Source of the DNA: Octopus sinensis
Lineage: Eukaryota
Assembly (NCBI RefSeq): GCF_006345805.1
Contig: NC_043012.1
Coordinates: 5,022,001-5,086,000 of the forward strand
Direction: 5' to 3'
DNA: 64,000 bases
In this document: piece after piece, positions 55,969 through 64,000 of the stretch
Position numbering within the stretch: the first letter of the stretch is position 1
Layout of the letters: every line of letters begins with the position of its first letter
Made by a program: the position numbers and the translations under genes
Notes under the pieces: model-generated
The model's database searches: none
Told to the model about the DNA's origin: nothing
What the model saw: the letters and a program-made list of their open reading frames with translations, nothing else

Positions 55969-56408
55969 AAAAAAAAATATAAACACACACACATCTGTTT
56001 AGATATGATGCTACTGAAAGGTTAGCTGTGTTACTTGAAAGTAGAACAACGTCACACATATTTCTCTCAAAAGCACAGATATTTCATGAATACCAATAAG
56101 TGTGATATATTTGCAAATATAAAAGAAAATATTTTAAATGCTGTCATATTTCCATATTAAGATGACACCTTGATTGCATATGTTTTATTTTCATATGCGC
56201 ATATATTCATACAAACTATACTAGTGTGAGACAAAATTATGTAACTATGAGAACTGAATCCTGCTATGTAGATTAACATAAGTGATTATATGTATATAAT
56301 TATATATGTATGTGTATATATATATATATTATATATATATATATAACTCCAAGAAAGTTAGAGGTTGTGAATCCAACCAACTAAGGGATAATATGTATCC
56401 AATATACT

Positions 56409-56963
56409 GTGGAAATAGCTGCGGTGGAGACGGTTGAGGAGTGCCTCCGAGATATTAAGAAAGTAGTGACGTTCTATACAAGAGGAAGGAAATACGGCAC
56501 AGTGGAGGTACGCTTCGTGAGTGAAGAAGAAGCGAGGAAATACTCCACCGTCCCTTTGAGATCAGCAGAGTGGGCGCGGCTACCAACTTACTGTGACAAA
56601 TGTGCGGCCAGACTAAAATAGGTAGAATTCCACCAGAAATTGATGAGACGTGGCTGGTGGCAGCCATCATCTTCAACACAGAAGAAGACACTAAGATAAT
56701 AAAAATATCAAGAAATATCAGGTGAACTGATGGCGATGTGGACTGGAGGTTTTGGTCCATATAAGCCTACCAGACCTCCAAAGATTGCGGAGGAACTGAG
56801 ATTGCCGAACGAAGCCAGGCTGGGGATAGTGGTGGAAGGAAGACCGCCGGTATGTTTTCTTTCTGGAGTAAGGGGACACATGAAGGCAAGGTGTCCCCAG
56901 CAACAAAAGAAAAAGGAAGTAGAACAAGAGAAGCAGGAAGACCGGAGGTACAAATGCAAGTAA
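56409..56963 (+). mobile_element. Second LINE ORF1 remnant (RRM-like region + degenerate CCHC)
   Basis: STVPLRSAEWARLPTYCDKCAARLK/IGRIPPEIDETWLVAAII is homologous to the 44820 copy. CFLSGVRGHMKARC at 56853-56894. Confidence 0.7.
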
Positions 56964-57471
56964 GCGAAAAAATAGAAAATGTAGGAGAACAGTATACAAA
57001 TAGTATAAATATATATATATAGATATACACACACAAATACATACGGACCCTTGCATATATACTTACTATGCATATGTAACCGTAATTCCGTAATTTCCAT
57101 TCATGTTGAATGACAAGTTCAGTTTAGTACTACCATACCCCATTCATCAAGTACTTTGTAGTTTGAATTCAAAACGAATGTGGCTTAAACAGAGAGAGCT
57201 ATGCCATAGTTCCCATGCCTTCATCGATACTCTAGAGCTTACTAAATCTATAAACTTTTTGCATATTTTTCTATTTCTTTGTTTCTATTTATCTACTGAT
57301 ATGTGTGTCTGTATGATGCATTTACATAGATATTATCTGTATAACATTTACATATATATACCCGAGCACAAACATATGTACATGGTAGCGCGTGTGGGTG
57401 CATAAATATTCATAAGTATGTAAACATACACACAGACACGCATGCGCGTGCACGCACACACATATATATAT

Positions 57472-57818
57472 ATTTTATTTCTTACTTGCTTCAGTCATTT
57501 GACTGCGGTCATGGTGTGGCACTACTTTGAAGGCTCTTAATTGAACAAGTCGACCGTTGGACTTATTCTTTGAAGCTTAGTATTTATCCTATCGGTCTCC
57601 TTTACCGAACCGCTAGATTACGGAGGCGTACACACATCACGACTGGTTGTCAAGCAGTGGTTGATGACAAACAGAAACACAGGCACACACACATATATGA
57701 CAGGCTTCTGTCAGTTTCCGTCTATAGTGGAAGACACTTGGCCAAGGTGCCACACAGTGAGACTGATCCCGGAACCATGTCGTTGGGAAGTTTCTTACCA
57801 CACAGCCACACGCCTGCA

Positions 57819-57820
<2 letters not shown>
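57472..57820 (-). mobile_element. SINE family B with internal deletions
   Basis: Reverse-complement head and tail. Confidence 0.85.
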
Positions 57821-57870
<50 letters not shown>

Positions 57871-58330
57871 GTGTGTGTGTGAGTGTGTGTGTGTGTGTGT
57901 GTGTGTATCTGTGTGTCTGTGAATGTGTAAATATTTATTCATGATTATCTTTTTATCTGTTCTCTTTCTAGAATTTCTGTTAACAAAATATGTCAAATAC
58001 TATTTATATAAGTATGTATAAATCTATGAAAGAAACTACTACGAACACTATACGTTTATACTGAGGCGACTCTATACGTATGTGAGAGTATGTACAGCTT
58101 TACACTTGCATTCAGTAGTTTTATTGGGTAGTGGTCATTGGAGAGGTTCCGAGGATTACCCTGTAATGCTTGTCCCAGAATAGTTTCCACTTTAATTACG
58201 TAGTTGTGGCTTGGGTAACTTTAATGGAGAGAGATTAAGTCTAGCATCCATTTAGGGCTTGGTGGCATTTGAATTCAGAACATAAAGAGCAGAAGCAAAC
58301 ATTGCAAGTTAACCGAGCCGACTCTCTTAT

Positions 58331-58782
58331 GGCAAATTGAACTCAGTGCGCAAAATATTCGGATAAATACCTATTTCTTTACTGCCCACAAGGAGCTAAA
58401 CACAGAGGAGACAAACAAGGGGAGACAGACGGATTAAGTCGATTATATCGACCCCAGTGCGTAACTGGTACTTATTTAATCGACCTCGTAAGGATGAAGA
58501 ATAAAGTCGACCGCGGCGGAATTTGAACTCAGTACGTAGCGACAGACTAAATACCTATTTCTTTATTACCCACAAGGGGCTAAACACAGAGGGGACAAAC
58601 AAGGACAGACATAGGTATTAAGTCGATTACATCGACCCCAGTGCGTAACTGGTACTTATTTATCGACCGAAAGGATGAAAGGCAAAGTCGACCTCGGCGG
58701 AATTTGAACTCACAACGTAACGCAGACGAAATACCGCTAAGAATTTCGCCCGGCGTGCTAACGTTTCTGCCAGCTCGCCGCC
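58331..58782 (-). mobile_element. SINE family C tandem multimer (head + 2 units + partial third)
   Basis: Unit junction AAATACC at 58365, 58549 and 58729, giving a period of 180-184 bp. Confidence 0.88.
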
Positions 58783-59335
58783 TGACTAAATACCGATAAG
58801 CATTCCTTTCGATGTTTCTGATACTCTCCGCTTGGATACGCATTTGCGTTGCGTACATATTGTGTGGTATCTGTGTATATATATTTTCATCCTTTATCAT
58901 TATCTGCTTAACTCATTGAATTGCGGACATGCTGGAGCAGTGCCTGGAAAGGCTAAGACGAACAAATTGAATCTTATACTTACTTTCAAAATTTGGTACA
59001 TATTCTCTGCTCTTTTGCTAAACTGCTATATTACGGAAACGAGAACACAACCAAGACCGATTGCCAATCGGTGAGGCGTTCACAAACACAAACCTTAGCT
59101 ATCATTGTGGTTTTGTGGTCCGAAGCTAAAGCAGGCCTTGCCCTCCATTCAAGAAAACACATAGTAAATGATCCACAAGCCCTCAAGCAAACTTAGTTCC
59201 CAACTTGGCCCATTTACCAACAGTTTTAGTAGGCATTACCAGGCCGCAAGAGATACACTCGTGTCCATAGCACATAATTAACTCTTTATTTTCTGTACTT
59301 TTATCTGTCGTTCTCGACAAGAGAATCAATCATTC

Positions 59336-59337
<2 letters not shown>

Positions 59338-59368
<31 letters not shown>

Positions 59369-59632
59369 TGTATGTATGTATGTATGTATGTATGTATGTA
59401 TGTATGCATGCATGCATGTATGTGTGTATGTATATATATGTATGTATGTATAAATATGTATGTATGTATGTATGTATGTATTACGTATGTATGTATATAT
59501 GTATGTATGTATGTATGTATTATGTATGTATATATGTATGTATGTATATATGTATTTATGTATATATGTATGTATGTAATGTATGTATGTATGTATGTAT
59601 GTATGTATGTATGTATGTATGTATGTATGTAT
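59338..59632. repeat. (TATG)n microsatellite
   Basis: Tandem TATG with variants. Confidence 0.95.
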
Positions 59633-60217
59633 GAAAGAATGTAAGCATATGCATATGACGGCCCTCCACTTATTTCCTGGCTACCAAATTCTTTATTCAT
59701 TCACAAAGCGTTGGTTGGCCTGGTGTTGTAGTAAAGATACTTGCCGAAGGTTCTGCGAAGGAGTACTGAACCAACAACCAGGTGGTTGGAAAACGAGTTT
59801 CCTAACGACACATTCGCATACATTCGTATGCAGTGAATTTAATGAGAAGAAAGTAAAAACAAACGTAAAAGCAGATATTTGCAATTATATATGCGTAAGC
59901 GTGTATGGTTTCATACGCCTTTGTAAATGTGAATGTATTTATATATGTACACCTGAGCGTAAGAGTCGCTATGTGCTTGACTGTGCGTAGCATTAGTGTG
60001 TCTGTTCGTATGCGCTTTATGTGACGCAGCGTGTATTTATCTGTATGAGCAGAATATGTAAGTGTATAACAGTTTGTGTATAATGTCTGAGTATACAGAA
60101 GCATGTGTGAAACCCCAAAAAGGGGGAATAAAAAGACAAATGAGTAAGCAAGTAAAAATATGAAATCCAGAGAAAAAGAACGACACGAAGAGCAAGAAGT
60201 TAGAGCAGCAGATATAT

Positions 60218-60260
<43 letters not shown>

Positions 60261-61363
60261 TATATATATATATAGATATAGTATATATATATAAATATAT
60301 TATATATATATATATATATCTATATATGTATATATATATATATAGTATATATAATATACATATATATATATATATCATATATAATATTATGTATGTATAT
60401 ATATATAAAGACATCAATACTAATTTGGGTGATATAAACGAGTACCATTTCTGCAAGGCAAATAACATATTTTACATAACATCTAAATCTAAAATGCCAA
60501 TTTATTTTTATCTCAATCCAATTTATTCCGAAAATAATAGTTTCGCCCATGTTTGTGTCTTACTAATCACCAATAATAAAAGCAAAAGTGTCAGTAATCA
60601 CGGGACTGAATACCATAGCAATGTTTTAAACCTAACTCCATAGAAATCAAATCAAACTATATTGCTGCTGTCTCCATATTTACGTGTAGAAATATGTGCC
60701 TATGATATACAAACACACATACGTACATACTTACGCACGTACATACATACATACATACATACATACATACATACATACATACATACATACATACATACAT
60801 ACATACATACATGCATATATACAGACATATATGTATGTATATTTATATATGTATATATATATACATATGTATATGTATATATATATGTTTATATAGATGT
60901 GTCGTATTCATATATATATATATATATATATAACGTATACATATATATATATATAATATATATATATATATTATATATATATATATATATACACATTAAT
61001 GTGTGTTACTATATATATACATATGTATATGTATATATTTATATATAAATGTATACTCTATGTATTTATATATATATTTCACACACGCACTTATGTATAT
61101 ATGTATGCGTATGTATGTTTCTTGTGTATTTATATACATATATCGATATATGCATTCATATATATCTATGCATGTATAAATATATATGTGTGTGTGTGTA
61201 TAGATATATATATATATATATATATGTCTGTCTGTATATATATATATATATATATATACATACATATACTTATTATAGATATATATATATTCACGCTTGA
61301 TATTTGCATATATGTATGCATATTTACATATAAACACATATAAAGTAAACATACAAATGTGTG

Positions 61364-61396
<33 letters not shown>

Positions 61397-61554
61397 ATTT
61401 TGCATGTATGTCTATTCCTATTTCGCAAATCAATGTTTCCTCAGATGATTGGCATTAAATGGCTATGCAGATCAAAGGGGACATATTTGCAGTCGTCGTG
61501 TTGTTGTCGTGGTGGGGGTTGCTAGCTGTTTATGCGATTATTTCAGAGGTTTTT

Positions 61555-61875
61555 ATCATCATCATCATCATCATCATCATCATAATCATCATCATCATCA
61601 TCATCATCATCGTCATCATCATCGTCATCATTACCATCACCACCACCATCAACATTATCACCATCATTATCGTCATCATCATCCTCACCACCATCATCAT
61701 CGTCATCATCACCATCAGCATTACCATCAACATCAACATCATCATCATCATCATCATCATCATTACCATCATCATCACCACCACCGACAACGCCATCGTT
61801 ATCATCACGTCGTCATCTCTGCCGTTAAAATTATCATCTCTAACATTCTGATTATTCATTACTCCCATTCTCCCT

Positions 61876-61920
<45 letters not shown>

Positions 61921-61940
61921 TACTACTACTACTACTACTA
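61555..61940. repeat. Cryptic (CAT/CAC)n tract followed by (TAC)n
   Basis: Degenerate trinucleotide repeats, open in several frames. Confidence 0.9.
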
Positions 61941-62715
61941 ACGCAATGATTGCTATTGCTAAGAAGTTTCCCGAGTTACGATTGAAAATCTTCTGTAAGA
62001 GACGTGCTTTCTGTTTTCAGAAAATCTTTACAGAATAAAGCCGTTTATTGAAAAAAAAAAGCCATACATTTACACATACGGATTCGTGGTCTCATACAAA
62101 TATGCACACGCATACACACACACAGACGTAAACACATGCGCACACATAAACGCGCAAACAGACATATACGCAGCTGTACAAGCTCAAAGACACAAAAATC
62201 CATGAAGACATTCATAGACACTTGTAATCGTACGTAAATTCACATGTTTTCCATGATTGCACGATTACATACATGTGTGTGTGAGCGAGTGTGGGTGTGT
62301 GTATGTGTATGGGAGTGTGAATGTGGGAGTGTGTGTGGGACTCCCATGCATGTGTGTATTGTGTATGTGTGAGGGTGTGGTTATGAGTCTTTGTGTGTGT
62401 GTGTCTCAATGTGTGCGTGTGAGTGTGTGGGTGAGTGCGTGAGTGTGTGTGTATGTATGTCTTTGTATAACTTTAATTAAAGAAAATTCTATAGGAAAGG
62501 ATCTTTCAAAGTTGATATATATATGTATATATGAATGTAGCTATGTATCTATATATGTATGTATATATCTATCATCTATTATGTGTGTGTGTGTAAATAA
62601 TATATATATCTGTGTGTGTGTGTGTATAAATATATATATATATATAAATATACATATATATATATATATTATATATATATATATATACTATATTATATGC
62701 ATATATACATATATA

Positions 62716-62763
<48 letters not shown>

Positions 62764-62788
62764 TTATATTATCTATATAATATCTATA

Positions 62789-62830
<42 letters not shown>

Positions 62831-63513
62831 CACATTATTTTAGTATATTTACAAACATACATGTATATGTGTTGTGTGAATGCATGTGTGCGCGCGCGAT
62901 ATGTGTGTGCGTGTGTGTGTGTGTGTATGCATGCGCGTGCGCGCGATATGTGTATGTGCGTGAATAGATTTGTGAGTGTAAGCATCTGTGCATTTTATGT
63001 TACGGCTACCGACATAAGGAGACCAATAATTGCATCTAACTCTATTAATTTATTCTTATTTTCCATTTTCATAGAATTTCAAGACTATGAGCAGATTATC
63101 GCATTTATGTGTACATCTGCTTAATGTGCGAATTTTATGGACGCCGTAGCAAAGATATATATATATATATATATATACATGTATATATATATACATGTAT
63201 ATATATGTATACGTGTATATATATCTATATATATATATATATATGTATACATACATGTGTGTGTATGTATGTATAAGCTATATATACATAGATATGCACA
63301 TATGTTTATGTGAGTTTAATCATTTGGATCTTGATACGGTCATAAGCAAATGGGCAACCATGCGTGGAGACGAACATATAAACACAAATATAACTATGTG
63401 CATGCACACACACACACACATGCACGCATATATATATATAAATATTATATATATACATACATCTATATATACATGTATACACACACACACACACACATAT
63501 ATATATATTATCA

Positions 63514-63564
<51 letters not shown>

Positions 63565-64000
63565 TATACATATATATATGTATACACACACATATATGTA
63601 TATATGTATATGTATGATACATGCACATAGCAACATAAACTCAAGAAAGAAAATAAATATAAATCAAAGCAAGCAAAATCAAGCAATTTTTACGGATATA
63701 CACTCCATATTTCACCACCATTTTCTCGGACACCAAAGAAGGAAAACTTAATTAAACCAAAGACATTTTCCTATGCAAATATTTTAAATTTGCTATAACT
63801 ATATAACTGGTATTCACCTGAAGGATATTAACACACTTTCTTTAATATTTATCTTAATGTGTAGAGTACTTCGCTTTTATGTCTATGCTTCGAAACATCG
63901 CATTTTGTCGCACCAAACTTTCTTTCAATTATTGCAATAGCGGTGTAGGTTTTTATTGAAAAATATAGGTTTTTCCGACACGCCATCTCTTTCTTTTAAT

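Noticed and set aside
58365-58735. Regularly spaced repeats suggesting a CRISPR-like array
   Set aside because: The units are whole ~184-bp SINE segments with no unique spacers, in a eukaryotic context.
61449-61949. Poly-His ORF of 166 aa
   Set aside because: A cryptic (CAT)n repeat open in several frames and on both strands, with no splice or domain context.

Overview
AT-rich animal genomic DNA packed with microsatellites ((TA)n, (CA)n, (TATC)n, (TATG)n, (TAA)n, (GAA)n, (TAG)n, (CAT)n). The SINE families resemble those I recall from Octopus genomes, so the species is an inference. I cannot support any intact host protein-coding gene; almost all ORFs in the track are translated simple repeats. 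The only clearly functional gene is a tRNA-Arg(CCG). The rest is a transposon graveyard. It holds an RT-less, internally deleted Tx1/L1-clade LINE inside (TATC)n plus a second 3' fragment, two Tx1-like ORF1 (CCHC) remnants, a decayed RTE LINE, and three RLE-type (R4/Dong-like) LINE 3' ends. It also holds a full-length decayed maT (DD37D) transposon with TIRs, two mariner remnants, a palindromic MITE, Penelope-like termini carrying minimal hammerhead-ribozyme motifs, and three SINE families. The most interesting signals are retroelements apparently targeting microsatellites, the in-frame endonuclease-only LINE, variant hammerhead cores, a tandemly multimerising SINE, a U2 snRNA 5' fragment and a candidate signal-peptide exon.
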